Assembly: GCA_028534125.1 (NCBI GenBank)
Contig: CM052818.1
Span: 27,096,001-27,160,000, forward strand
From: Lama glama
Taxonomy: Eukaryota
Direction of reading: 5' to 3'
DNA length: 64,000 nt
A model generated the notes under the pieces. That model had not been told where the DNA came from. It saw only the letters and a list, made by a program, of their open reading frames with translations, and did not search any database. Numbering within the stretch: position 1 is the stretch's first letter; the number at the start of each line of letters is the position of its first letter. Position numbers and translations under genes: made by a program. Below, in pieces: positions 37,635-51,070 of this stretch.

Positions 37635-38455
37635 GTGATATTGTGATTTATGATAAATACGTATTTTGGCCTTCTGACCACAGTTCGTGGCTGGCAGCTC
37701 CCAAACCCTTGGAATGTCCTGAGCGATAAGAGCAATGGGAGTACCTTTTGTTATAATATTTGGTTTCTTGTCCTCAGTTCCTGAAATCAGAGCCATAAAG
37801 ACGAAATGGGCGTCTTGTTATTCATAACAAGCCCGTTTCAATCACAACTGAGCTTATGTTAATGAGGTGGCTTTTGGGAATCCCCTCAAGATGAGTTGGA
37901 ATTTTCAGTCCTATCTCCTGATTACCCAGGAGGAAAGAGGGCCTGGAGATTCAATCAGTCACCAACAGCCGAAGAATTAATCAATCATGTCTATGCAATG
38001 AAACCTCCATAGAAACCCAAAGGGAGGGGGTTCAAAGAGCTTTCAGACTGGGGGCCTGAATTCCGCGGAGACAGAAGCTTCTTTGTTCAGGACCTTGCCC
38101 TTTGTATCTCCTTATCTTGCTGTTGATTTGTATCCTTTAATATCCTTTGTAATGAACTGGTAATCTAGTGGGTAAACTGGTTTCCTGGGTTCTGTGAGCT
38201 ACTCGACCCAAGGAGGGGGCCATGGGAAATTGTGATTTATAGCCAGTCAGGCAGAAGCACAGGTGACAGCCTGGCTTGCAGTGCTGGCAGTGTGACGGGC
38301 AGGAGGGCAGGTGGGGAGTCTTGTGGGACTGAGCCCTCAGCCTGTGGGGTCAGATCCTGTCTCGGGGCAGATAGTATCAGAACTGAGCTGAGTTGTAGGA
38401 CACCCAGCTGGAGTTGCGGAATGACTTCATGTGGGGAGAAAACTCACACATAGGT
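37635..38455 (+). mobile_element. LTR (MER21-like)
   Basis: tgtgatattgtgatttat...gctcccaaacccttggaat...aatcatgtctatgcaatgaaacctccata...tcttgtgggactgagccct...atagtatcagaactgagctg. Confidence 0.8.
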
Positions 38456-38509
38456 ATTGGGGGCAGAGTCAGACTCTGATACCTCAAAAATCCAGCATCC
38501 CTGACGAGA

Positions 38510-39160
38510 ATAATTTATTTAGCAATATTTCTCGAGTGCCTCTGAGATGTGCTGAGAACTGAAAATGCAACAATGAACAAGACACAGCTCTTGCCTTTGG
38601 TGAGTTACAGTTTGGGAGAAGCCAGAATAATGACGCGGTGAATGTCATGCAGCTGTGATCAGAATCAATACAAGGGTCCAAGGAAACATGGAGGAAGATG
38701 GTCTGATCAAATGGAGGGCAGAGGAAGCTTCCTGGAGGACCATTAGGTGTGTGGGAGTGAGAGGAAGAGCATTCCAGGAAAGGGAACAGCAGAGTCAAAG
38801 ACCTGGAGGTGAGAAATGACTCGGCCTTAAGGGGCATGAGAAGGTCCCCAGAAGCCAGGGGGGGGGGTCCTATGTTAGGGGGGAGAGCAGGAGAGGACAG
38901 CCAGGGCCATATCAGAGAGGGCTCACCTGCAAGTAAGGAGAGTGTTGAGAGACATGGATTCCATCGTAAAGACAAAGGGCAAACCCTGAGTGTTAAATCG
39001 AGGAGTGGTGATCGGACATGCGCTTTAGGGAGGTTATTTGGGGTGTGGTAGAGAATGAGTTAGGTAAGGATTTGAGGCAGGGAGGCTGTCACAGTACTGA
39101 AGAGGGTCCCGGGGGACTAGAGGGAACTGGCCCTGGCATGGAGACAGCAGGTGAGTAAGA
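38510..39160 (-). mobile_element. L2 fragment
   Basis: Reverse L2 pattern: caatgaacaagacacagctcttgcc...gaagagcattccaggaaagggaacagc...caaagacctggaggtgaga. Confidence 0.75.
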
Positions 39161-39712
39161 CATACCGGGGAGGGGCATATAAGGACAGGGAGGACATTTG
39201 TGGCGTCTCTCTTTTCTACTTTGATTTCTTGCTTTCTGAGTGAGCGACCCCAAGAGGAAAAGAGTTTTGCAGAAGGGCAGGCTGAGAGGACAATCAAGTT
39301 CTTCTTGGTTCCATGATACTGGGGACATGGCTGTGTCAAGTGGCCTCAGTGTTTGTATGGTTTTGTTTTGTTTTACAGTAGCTAATCCTTCCTGTTCCTA
39401 ACCTCCTGCCCTACCCCCAGCCCACCTTATGTTAGAAACCAAGAAGCCCTGTAGGTTAGTACAGGGGCCGGAGACAGCCTCCCAAAAGGGCAAAGGGGAA
39501 ATAAAGGACCCTGTGCTCTCAAGATGAATATTCCTTAGCAAGTTGATGGTGGAATCTGGACCAGAACTCTTCTCTTCCCTCTGACTCCCAGCCTAGTGTC
39601 CCTCCACCACGCCAAATGCCCCCTCACCTTCACAGCTATGTGTCTTCTCCCTCCTCCAGTCTTCCATCTACCATGCAGACTCTGTCTACACAGGTCTTGA
39701 ACATTCTGACTA

Positions 39713-40190
39713 TGTTATGGGTTGAGTTGTGTTTCCCCCCACCCCAGATTCATGGGATTTCATGTTGAAGTCCTAGCCCCCAGTACCTCAGAAGGTGTCC
39801 TCAACTGGAGGTAGGGTGGTTGTAGATGTAATTAAAGTTAGGATGCAGTCACACTGGAGTAGGCTGGGCCCCTGATCCAATATGACTGGTGTTACAAAAA
39901 GGGGACATTTGGATACAGACACGGACACACTCAGGGAGAACACCATGTGAAGATGGAGGGCAGAGATTGGGGCGATGCCAAGGAAAGCCAAAGACTGCCA
40001 GCAAGCCAACCAGAAGCTCAGAGAGAGTCATGGAGCAGATTTCACCTTCACAGCCCCCTGAAAGAGCCAGCCCTGCTGACATGGTGATTTTAGATTTCTA
40101 GCCTCCAGAATTGTGAGAGGATAAAACTCTGTTGCTCTCAGCCACGCAGTTTGTGGTATTTTGTTATGGCTGCTCTAGTAAACTAACACC
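39713..40190 (+). mobile_element. MLT1 solo LTR (near full length)
   Basis: tgttatgggttgagttgtgt...gatttctagcctccagaattgtgagag...gtttgtggtattttgttatggc...aaactaac; near-TSD gacta/gactg. Confidence 0.9.
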
Positions 40191-40848
40191 GACTGTCTGA
40201 AAGGGCTTTGTACCCTGCGCTGGCAGTAGTTTTACAGTGACCCACAGGATCACTCTACCTGACAAGGCTACAGCCTTGGGGTCAAGACTAGCAGAAGATT
40301 AACCTTGGGCTTAGTGCTGAACCCATCATCGCTTTTCTTCTGGTTGACCTGCTGCTCCCTCACGGCCCAACCCAAATTGTGTTCTCTGATAACAATGGAT
40401 AAATTTAAACGTTTTCATCTCTAAGAGTATGAGTTGCCGTTAGGTCCAAGTAAGACCATGTCATTGATAAGAATTTTTTTTCTTGAGAAATTAAGAAACA
40501 AGAAGATCCCTAAATTCAGAACCTGTAAATATGCTCTATCTGAAATATTTGCTAGTTGCATATACATACAAATATGTGTGTGTGTATATGTGTGCATGAG
40601 GTGTAATGCATAGAGGCAACATATGTAATACATATATTTGCTCTCTATAAAAAATATATAGACACACATCCTGAATTTGATCTACGTTTAGCATTTGCAG
40701 TTAAACATCTCTCCAAAATGTTTATTATAAAAAGATACACTGAACTGTTTATATGCTCTGTCTTGGTTTAAACCTCTTCTTGGCAGGATTCTGTGGACAT
40801 TAGGAGGATGTTAAAAGCGTATCCAGATACACATATAAAAGTACTTAC

Positions 40849-40900
40849 CAAGGAACACTTCAATAACAGATGCCTTCATAGTGAGGACAACAATCCCCAT
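40849..40900 (-). CDS. VIT: VIT exon 2 coding part (start codon, N-terminus of signal peptide MGIVVLTMKASVIEVFL); exon spans 40849-40918 including 18 nt UTR
   Basis: Acceptor cttcctccctag| (AG at 40919-40920), ATG at 40898-40900, donor G|gtaagt; 52 nt coding, phase 1. Confidence 0.96.
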
Positions 40901-41503
40901 AAATACCAAAATGGCACCCTAGGGAGGAAGAAACAGTAACACCGTCATATTTCAGCCAAGAGTTCTGCATTGGATGCTCAGAGTGTAGGGAGGGGCTGCC
41001 TCATTTTGCATTGCCCTCTGGAGTCTTAGGATTTCAAGCTGTGGCTTTCTGTAAACACCTCACAGAGATGGCAGTGGCTATCCGCGCTGGTACCCAGAGA
41101 GTCTGTTCTCAGTTGGAAAACCTACTCTAGCCACCAGCCTCCTCTTCTTCAGAGACCTGGCCTTAGAACTGAAGAGGAAATAATTCCACAATTTCGAGGA
41201 TGTGTTCAACCAGCCTTCAAATTAGGACAAAAGCCACATTTATGGTATTCAGAGAACATTTTTAGATTACAAACTGTTTTATATTACAAAGACTATCCAT
41301 TCATTATTCATTCAGTAAATATTTATTAAACGTATATGGCTAGGTATTGTTAGAGAGGAAGCTATAAAATTGAATTAAGAATAGTTCTTGTTCTTAAAAG
41401 ATTTATACTTTCATAGATGTGGGAAAACATATGTAGACACAAAAAACATAATATTAGACAGTGTGCAGGCCCCAAAAGGGAGAATAAGGGGGGCTTTACA
41501 GGC

Positions 41504-41683
41504 CAGTGGTTCTCAAACTTCGCTGCATATTAGTATCATCTGGGAGTTTTAAAAGGCCCTGATACTCAGGCTGCACCTCATACCAATTGAAATAGAATTT
41601 CTTGGGGGTGAGATCTAGGCATTAAGCTTTTTAAAAATCTCCCCAGGCAATTCCAAGTATGCAGCCAAGTTCGAGAACCAATG
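41504..41683. mobile_element. MER5A-like hAT-Charlie element, full length
   Basis: Terminal inverted repeats cagtggttctcaaact ... agttcgagaaccaatg; ~180 bp; a second MER5-type fragment follows at ~41690-41785. Confidence 0.88.
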
Positions 41684-42474
41684 ATTTAGAGCAAGGCTTC
41701 CTAAATCTTAATACGAATCACCTGGGGATTTTATTATAATGCAGATTCTAATCCAGTAGGTCTGAGACAGTGCCAGAGAGTCCCCAAGAAGTCAGGGAAT
41801 TTTAGAGGAAGAAGAGATTATGTCAGCTATGGGAATAAGACAGAGCCTCATAGAGCTGGCAGCAACTGGGTCAACTCTGCAAGATGAAAATATGAGATGA
41901 ATTGGCTCCAGGTTGGGGGTTGAGGAGGGGGGAACAGCACTGACAGAGGCTTAGAGATTGGAAAGCACAGTGGATAAGAAGATGCTGTTGATCTATTAGG
42001 AGTTCCCCTTCACTAAGGCTATGAGACCCTTGAAGGTATCTTCACACCACTGTTAATTGAACACATACGGTGCATGCTACATAGTGTAGAATCTGCACAC
42101 TGAGCAGGATGGCAGATTTTATGATCCCAGCTGAACAGATAAGGAAACTTAAGACATAGAAAGAGAAAATGTTATACTCCTGGTGATCAGGCAGTAAGTA
42201 TGATTAGAGTGGAGGTGGGAGTAGGTGGGAAGGATCTGCCCTGGGTTTAGGCAGTAAGGAAGCACATTGTCTGTAGAGAATTTAAAGACTTAAAATCATT
42301 CTGCTTTCTGTTATCCTTATAAACCAGCAACTCTAAGCACTGTCCGTGATAAAGCCCTCTTCCTCTCTGTGGCAGGTGGCTCCCACTGCATCCTCTCCCC
42401 CCAGTGCCACTGCTGTGTGGCCTTTAGGCTCTAGCTGGCATTCATAACCCTATAACCCATATACCCTCTGGTAT

Positions 42475-43195
42475 GCCCAGGGGTGTTCTGGGAAACCTGC
42501 TGTCTGGGAAAAAAAAAATCCCTGATTTAGAGCATTTGCCAATTTCTGTGTTGTAAATCCTCCCACTGTAGCTGATTTTGAAGCGACCAAAGTGGTGTTA
42601 CTGCATGGAGATTTGGAAAGAGATAAACACAATCTGGTACTAGCTAGGTCTAGAGCAAGCTTATGTTTAATATTTGGATACAGTGCTGTGCAGAGTTTAT
42701 TAACAAGAAGCAATTATTAGAATTATGGTTTAGGCAGTAATACAAGCACTTGATGCAATTAACTTAAATAACACTGTTCAGTATATGAAAAGCTTTATTA
42801 CAAACAATTAAATTAGGCAGCAAGAGTAAGTCCAAACAGAAACCATCACTTTGCCGATTTCTAGCAACAGTTGCAATGTGTTAAAAAAATTTTCCTAATT
42901 AAGGTAGTTGACCACTGGCTAAGAAATAGGCAAATAATGGTTTTTATCTTCAAAATAAAAATGGTCATACATACAATCTATTAAATAGCTGAGTCATATT
43001 TCGGAAATAGTGTGATAACAAGTACACTTTTTTGTCTTTTATTAATTTGAAAAGTTGCAGATCAACTCATGTTTTCAGGCCTACAAATGTAAGTCTTGGA
43101 ATAAATGCAGGATATTAAGCTCTCCTACCAGACTAGCCTAACTAGCTCCACCTAACTAGCTCCTCCAAATGGCTGTTACCATCCAGCACTGGACA
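42475..43195. mobile_element. MER63-like hAT DNA transposon remnant
   Basis: cctgatttagagcatttgccaatttctgtgttgtaaatcctcccac...gctgattttgaagcgaccaa resembles MER63; right boundary uncertain. Confidence 0.55.
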
Positions 43196-43199
43196 CTTT

Positions 43200-43990
43200 G
43201 TGAATCATCTTAGATTTCTTTCTCTCATGTCCCACATCTTTTCCATCAGCCAAGCCTGTTGGCTGTACATTCATAATACATCCAGAATCTGACCACTTGT
43301 CATCATCTTTACCATTGCCACCTGGCCCAGGCCACGGGTTCACTGGGTTATTGCACTTAGCCTCCTATCCAGGCTGTGTCCCTCTGCACACTGAAGTCTA
43401 CACAGCAACCAACGTGTTCTTGCTCAACGTCAGTCAGTTCATGGCACTCCTCAGATGAAAACTTCTCTGGTTTTCTACCTTACTCAGAATAAAAGGTACA
43501 ATCTTGGCAAATGGCTCAGGACCCCACAAGACTGGCCACCGTTCGCCCCTCTGACCTCATTTCCTTCTATTCTCCTCACGTATTAAATTCCAGGCACAGC
43601 CAGCTCATTTCTAAAACACACCTCTCCCCTCAGGGTCTCTGAGCTTACTGTTAACTCTACCTGGATGCCCTGCCCCCAGGTCAGAACACAATTTACTCCC
43701 TCATTTCTTTCAAGTCTTTGCCTAAACATTATCTTCTCTTGAGATATCCCTCATCACCCAACTTAAATTTGCAATCCCTGTCCCACGCATCATCATCCGT
43801 ACACCCTGTCCTTTCCCTACTATCTTGGTTGCCAGTCACTTATCACCTCCGACAGACTCCATACTTTGCTGATTGTATTTGTTTATTGTTTGTGTTCTCC
43901 ACTGGAAGGCAAGCCCTGTGAGGGCAGGGATTTTGATTTGATTTGATTTTTTTTATGTGCTTAGTAACTATACTGAATCAATGAATGAGT
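43200..43990 (+). mobile_element. L2 3' fragment
   Basis: atccagaatctgaccactt...ctcagaataaaa...aagccctgtgagggcaggga...tgaatcaatgaatga. Confidence 0.8.
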
Positions 43991-44879
43991 CGTTAGGGCT
44001 CCTTCCTGTCCCTGGGAAATAAAGAAAAAAAAAAAAAAAGGAAGACAATCTGTAAATAGTCTAAAAGCTACTGAATTGTACACTTTCAAAGGTGTATTTT
44101 ATGGTATGTGGATTATATTTCAGTAAGCATTATTGATAGTCAACAAACATACCAAAAGGAGAGAGGAAATTGCAGAGAGAAGGGCTCTCAATCTGTCCTA
44201 TGACTTGAGAAGACACGATGGACCTGACCTTTACACACAGGGATGAATGGAGCGGGGGAAAAAAAAACAGGATTCCAGGAAACATGCTAACCCCAGAGGA
44301 GGTATCACCCCAGTGCTGACTCATCAGGAGTGGAACCCAACCAGAATCGCTCTCGCCTCTTGAAATCAGAATGGTTTGAGGCTTCTTTCCTACCACTTCA
44401 GTTTCTCTCCTTACTTGGTTCATTTACTTATACATTTAAAATATAAATGTGCCGTTTGAAATGTGTGAAAAAAAATTCAAACCCTCTCTCAGCCCTTCCA
44501 AAAACTGGGCATAGGGATGGCCACCAGCACTGTTAAGCAGTTTCTACAGGCAGTTCCACGTCAGGGAGCTGTGGTCTCATAGTAATGTTGGAACCGTAAT
44601 ATCTTATGTGCCCAGCAGGGTTCTCACAAAAATGGAACAACAGAGGTTTTCAAAAGAACGTGTTCCTGATTCATAAATTTGTGGACTGGTCTGTGAGATG
44701 TAATATAAAGAGTCCTGAATATGAAATTCTGGTGAGACAAATGAAGGCTGCTGTGAGATAAAAATATAATTAATGTAAGAAGAGTAGCCAACCAATTTAA
44801 TTAGATCTCTTGCTGCCCAGAGTTAGAAGATAAATAATAATACTGCCTTATAATTTTAAGGTTCTTCACAGTTTTTCCT

Positions 44880-47720
44880 CCAATTTTTAAAATTATGGTA
44901 AAATACAAAAACATAAAATTGGCTATCTTAACCATTTTTAAGTGTACAATTCGGCAGTATTAAATAAATTCGTAATGTGCTGTCATCACCATTATCCACC
45001 TTAAGAACTCTTTTTGTCTTGTAAAATTGAAACTTTATGCCCAGTAAACAATAACTCCCTATCCTCCTCTTTCCCTGGCCCCTGGCAACCACCATTCTGC
45101 TGTCTCTGTGATTTTGACTACTCTAACTACCTCTTATAAGTAGAATCATAGTAATTTCTTTTTGTGACTGGCCTATGTCAAACAGCATAATGTTCTCAAG
45201 GTTCTTCCATGTTGTAGCATATGACAGACTTCCTTTCCTTTTTAAGGCTACATAATATTCCATCCATTGTACGTATGTACCACATTTTCCTCATCCATTT
45301 ATCTGCCAATGGACACATGGATTGCTTCTATGTTTTAGTTATTGTGAATGATTATGCTATGAACATAGCACAAATATTTCTTTGAGACTCTGCTTTCAAT
45401 TATTTTGTGCATGGAATTGCTGGATCATATGATAATTCTATTTTTGATTTTTGGAAGTATCTCCATACTGTTTTTTCAGAGTGGCTATATCATTTTACAT
45501 TGCCACTAACAGTGCACAAAGGTTCCAATGTCTCTACATCCTCCCCAACGCTTGTTATTTTCTGTTTCTTTTGATAGTAGTCATCCCAACAGGTATCTGG
45601 TGGCATCTCATTGTAGTTTTAAGTTGCATTTTCCTAAGGATTAGTAATACTGAGCTTCTTTTCATGTGCTTTTTGGCCATTTGTATACTTTTGGAGAAAC
45701 ATCTATTCAAGTCCTTTGCTCAGTTTTTAATCAGGTTGTTTTTTGATTGTTGTCGAATATTAGGAGTTTTCTACATATTCTAGATATTAATCCCTTATCA
45801 GATATATACTTTGCAAATGTTTTTTTCCCATTCTATGGTTGCCTTTTTACTCTACTGATAGTATCTCTTGGTACACAAAATTCTGAAATTTTCGTGAAGT
45901 CCAATTTATCTATTTTTTCATTTGTTGTCTATGCTTTTGGGTGTCATAGTCAAGAAATTGTTGCCAAATTCAAGGTTGTGAAGCTTTTGTCCTATGTTTT
46001 CTTCTAAGAGTTTTATAATTTTAGGTCATACATTTAGATCTTTGATCCACTCAAGTAAATTTTTATATATGGTGTTAGGTAAGGGTCCAACTTCTTTCTT
46101 TTTCATGTAGATATCTACTTTTCCTGGAACCATTTGTTGAAGAGACTGCCTTTTCCCCACTGAATAATCTTGGCAAAAAATCATGACCATATATGTAGGT
46201 TCATTTTAGGCTTTCTGTCCTATTCCATTTGTGTATATGTCTGTACCGATGCTAGTATCACATTGTTTTGATTACTATATAGCTTTGTGGTAAGTTCTTT
46301 TGGATCAGAAACTATGTGTCCTCCAGCTCTTCTCTCTCTCTCTTTTTTTTTTTTCAAGATTGTCTTGGCTATTTGGGGTCCTTTGTGATTCCATATAAAT
46401 TTTTGTATGGTTATTTTCTATTTCTGAAAAAAACTGTCATTGGGATTTTGATATTGTGTTAAATCTGTCGAGTGCTTAAGGTAGCTTTTATAGTTTAACA
46501 ATACTAGGCCTTCCAATCCATGAACATGGGATATGTTTCTACTTATTTATGCCTTCTTTAGTTTCTTTCAATAATGTTTTATAGTTTTCATTGTACAAGT
46601 CTTTCACCTCCTTGGTTACGTTGATTCCTAAATATTTTATTCTTTTGGATGCTGTTGTAAATGGAATTGTTTTCTTAAGTTCTTTTTCAGATTGTCCATT
46701 ATTAGTGTACAGAAATGCAACTGACTTTTGTGTGTTGACTTTGTATCCTGCTCCTTTGATGAATTCATTTATTAGTTTTAACAATTTTGTTGTGGAATCT
46801 TTAGGCTTTTCTATGTATAATATTATATTATCCGAAAACAGAGCTAATTTTATTTCTTTCTTTCCAGCTTGGGTGCCTTTTATTTCTTTTTCTTGCCTAG
46901 TTGCTCTGGCTTGAACTTCCAGTTCAATATGTTGAATAGAAGTGGTGAAAGTGGTGTCCTTGCTGTGCTCCTGACCTTAGAGGAAAAGCTTCAGTGTTTC
47001 ACCATTGAGTGTGACATTTGTTGTGGGTTTTTCATATGTGAATTTTATTATGTTGAGATAGTTTTCTTCTATTGCTATTTTGTTGAGCATTTTTATCATG
47101 AAATAGTATTGAATTTTGTCAGATGCTTTTTCTGCATCAACTGAGATAATAATGTGGGTTTTTCCCTCTTTGTTCTATTAACATGGTGTATTACATCAGT
47201 TGATTTTCATATGTTCAACCATTCTTGCATTACAGAAATCCCACTTGGTCATAGTGTATAATTACTTTAATATGCTGGTGAATTCAGTTTACTAATATTT
47301 TCTTGAGGATCTTTTTGCATCAATGTTCATAAGGAATATTGTATTAGTATGGGAAACTGTAGTTTTCTTTTCTTGTAGTGTGTTTGGTTTGGTATCCAGG
47401 TAACGATTGCTTCATAGGATGAGTTAAAAAGTGTCCTCCTATTTTCAGTTTTTAGGAAAAGTTTGAGAAGGATTGGTGTTAGTACTTCTTTAAATGTTTA
47501 GTAGAATTCAACAGTGAAGTCGTCAGGTCCAGGGCTTCTCTTTGTTGCAAGAGTTTTGATTACTGATTCATTCTCCTTACTAATTATAGGTCTATTTTTT
47601 TTTCTTCATAATTTATCTTGGTAGGTTTTGCGTTTCTGGGAACTTATCCATTTCATCTAGGTTATTCAATTTGTTGGTGTACAATTATTCATAGTACTCT
47701 TACAATCTTTTTTATTTTCA
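44880..47720 (-). mobile_element. L1 (L1MA/MB-type), ~2.8 kb degenerate ORF2 + 3' UTR
   Basis: ORF 46539-46784 [26 protein letters not shown]...[26 protein letters not shown] is the L1 ORF2p reverse-transcriptase region; many stops and frameshifts. Confidence 0.95.
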
Positions 47721-48489
47721 AAAGCAGTGGTTGCTTCAGGTAAAAAGAACTGGGTAAGCGGTGATCAGAGATGGGAGTGAGTTTTACAGCTTTGTTATAT
47801 TTAAATTTTTACCCTGTGCACAAATATCAGTAAATCAGAAATTAATAGAATGATCTCTTGGGAACACCTAACATATACAGACAGTGTTGATATCAAATGA
47901 GAAGCTACAGTAATCTCCTAACCCTCTCCTTGACTCTTGCTTTTCTTGCTCCAGGTCACCTTTCTCTCTGGTTGGAAAGGATCACTTCCCCAAAGCACAG
48001 GTCTGACTGTGCACTCACTCTCAGAATTCTTCACAGTCCATCATTCTCTGCAGGATAAAGCCCACATTCCTTAGTGAGGCATCACAAACTTAATGAAGTG
48101 GCCCACCTTACCTTTCATACCATCTCACTGCAATTCTCTTCTGTAATCCTCTTCTCTGACTCCAGCACACCCCGGGCTTTTGGTCTTTTCTCTACACCCT
48201 CACATCTGTGTCTTGGCTTATGCTCTTATTACTGTTCTGTCTGGAATACCTTACCACACCTCATCTACCTCTCACAAGCTTATCCATTTTTCAAAGTTTA
48301 CTCATGGGCCACCTCTTCTAGGTAAATCTCTCTGATCTCCTCAAGTCAAAATTCATCTTCAATCATGCATCCATTTAATCATTCCAAAAGATTTTGGGTG
48401 TGTACACTGCGCTAGGCAGAGAGGAAGAAGGTGCAGGACCTATCTTCAGGTTGCTGTGAGTGTTCTAGAAAGAAACTGATGTGCACTCA

Positions 48490-48700
48490 TCATAACTAGC
48501 ATTAGCTGAGCATTTTAAGTGTCAGTAATATATTAACTCATTTAATCCTCACAACAACTTGATCAAGTAGGGGCTGTTTCCTGCCTTAACTTCAGAAGTA
48601 AGGAATTGGAGGCACACAGAAGTTAAGTACTTCGCCCAAGGGTCACAGGGCTGGAAAGAAGAGGAGCTGGAATTCAACCCAGGCAGTCTGAGTATAGAGG
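48490..48700 (-). mobile_element. MIR SINE
   Basis: attaactcatttaatcctcacaacaac...gaagttaagtacttcgcccaagggtcaca...ggaattcaacccaggcagtctga. Confidence 0.85.
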
Positions 48701-50063
48701 CCCTGCATTTCGTTTCACTGCTTGCCATAGATGTTTCATAATAAGCAAGTGCACTTCCCTCACCCGCATTCTGATTTAATTGGTCTTAGTTGGAGTCCAT
48801 ATTTTTTTTAAAGCTCCCCACGTGACTCCACTGTGTAGGCACAGTTGAGACCCTCTGCTCTCAAGGATATGTGATAACAAAAAGGGTAGATGACTGAATA
48901 GGCCTGAGGCATGAGGATTGGAAGAGGGTTGAATTCATTTAACTGGCAGGTTGGAAAACAACGAGTGGTGAGGGAAGGACAGGACAAAGGGGACGGAGAA
49001 GCTTCAGGACCTGGGAGCTGCTGGGCCAGGCTGGGAGAGGAGTCAGACTGTTAGGGAGGAAAGCAGGGCCATGTCAGCCTTGAAAGTCATGCCTAAAGAA
49101 TGCAGAATTGATCCTTTAGGTAATGGGAGACATGGAGGGCTTAAAAGTTATTTTCGCATTCATCATTTTTAATAAGGCCCCTTAAGGCTTCCATGAGCCA
49201 TTCACGTGGAGAAAATCTGCCCTAGTGGGCATGCAGGATTTATGTAATGCTGGTGTTTGTCTGATCTACGATGCTACATGGGGGAACACCTAACAATACC
49301 CTTTGTCCACAAGGTAGAAAGAGCCAGTGTTCATTAGGAAACATTGAATAGTTATGAGAGGCTTGTGCTATATTTCCAAAATGCCAAAAATCCCTTGAGG
49401 ACAGACATCTCTGAATGGGGAGAAGCCACATCTGCAGCCTTGCTTTCTTCATCTCTGCCTAATGTAAAGCCTCAGCTGTTTGTCAGTGGTTGTGGGTTGA
49501 CCTATAAGGATGGAAAAGGGAAGGCTGTCACTAAAAGAGGCCTTTACAATGTGGAGGTGACCTCAATCTGCAAGTAAACCTTTAAACAGATCACATTCCT
49601 CAGGGCCAGGCCTGTAACACTGCATTTCCTGTTACCACGACTCCAGTGGTCACTATTATAGTCCCCCATATTCTGTGAAGGAGACAGAAAGAGTAAGCCA
49701 GAGAGGACAGTAGTTTTTCTTTCTTATTTCCCTTCTTTCCAATTCCTTCCTAATTTTATTGTAAGGAATGCCCAAAGAAAATTTAAGCCAAATAAGCAAG
49801 GAAGACAGGAGAAATTTTGCCTTTTCTCAATATGTTGGCTTCTGAGGACACACCAGGCTCCTGGAACATGTGTCCTAAGTCAGGTTGTCTGGACTGGACA
49901 TTGTTGGTTGCCTAAGCAGAGCACCTGCTTCCCCACTTCCTCCTTCCTAACACAACCCCAGCTTAGTAAAGGGAATAAATGTAGCCAGAGGGCTCAGAAG
50001 AAGCTGGTCCATCTCTAGCTCCTGGGGTGGATCCTGAGTTCAAGTCTGTGCCAAGGCTGGTTT

Positions 50064-50106
<43 letters not shown>
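50064..50106. repeat. (TA)n(GA)n compound microsatellite
   Basis: Directly visible. Confidence 0.95.
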
Positions 50107-50922
50107 TTCTCCCTTGCTGGTGATTGCTTCATGACTGCAGGAGTGAGCCCATCAGTACATGGCCCCCTCCAGTTGATCATGGCTATTCAAGGGTGGACTG
50201 TGTCCCGAGTTGTATCAGACAGACAGAAAGGAAAAACTTGAATCCTATGTTTTTCAGGCAAGGTTGCCTCTCTTGTTGGAAAAGAACAAGGGAGCAGGTT
50301 GTTCTAGCTGTGCTGGAAGCCATGTTGTGACCATGAGGCTAGTTAGTCTGAGGGAAAAGTCAGCACAAAGAAGAGGAAGGCAGCCAAGCGAATCACAGAG
50401 AAATGAAGCTGGACCTTTGACTGTCTTGTGCCTGCAGGCTGGGCCCACCTCTGGACCACCTGTTATGGGAGATAATGAATTTCCCTTTCAGTTGGGCTTG
50501 CCGCTGAAAGGTTATTCCTGACTACTTTCTGACTCATAGCGACTGTCCATACAGTGGATTCACCTAGGGAAGACAGTAATGATACAGGTTTATAGCAGAA
50601 CCTGCAGAGTGTTTTTTTCAACAATCCTCTCATCAGAACCACCTAAGAACCTCCTGAGGTGGTAGATGACGTGATAATTCCTGTAATACAGAGTAGTGAA
50701 GTGGCTTGCCTAAGGTCACACAGCTCAGATCTTCTCTATTTTAATTTTGTGCTCTTTTTGCTCTATCAAGTTCATCACATGACTGTTACTGTAAATTCCA
50801 AGCTATTTCACCATTTACTATACATAATAGTATTATGAAATAAAAATTCCACTCCTCATTTGTACAGTGTCTCACTTTTAAAAGACTAGTTATGTCTATA
50901 ACCTTACAAGATCCCTGAAGTC

Positions 50923-51070
50923 GGGGAGGGATAGCTCAATGGTAGATGTGTGCTTAGCATGCGTGAGGTCATGGGTTCAATCCCTAAACCTCCTTTTTCA
51001 AAAAAAAAAAAAAGCTAATAATAAATAAATAAATAAGCCTAATTACCTCCCCCAAAACAAATAAACAGAA
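50923..51070 (+). mobile_element. tRNA-derived SINE (Vic-1-like) with perfect 14-bp TSD
   Basis: A/B boxes, CCTAATTACC tail motif; AAGATCCCTGAAGT at 50908-50921 and 51071-51084. Confidence 0.93.
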
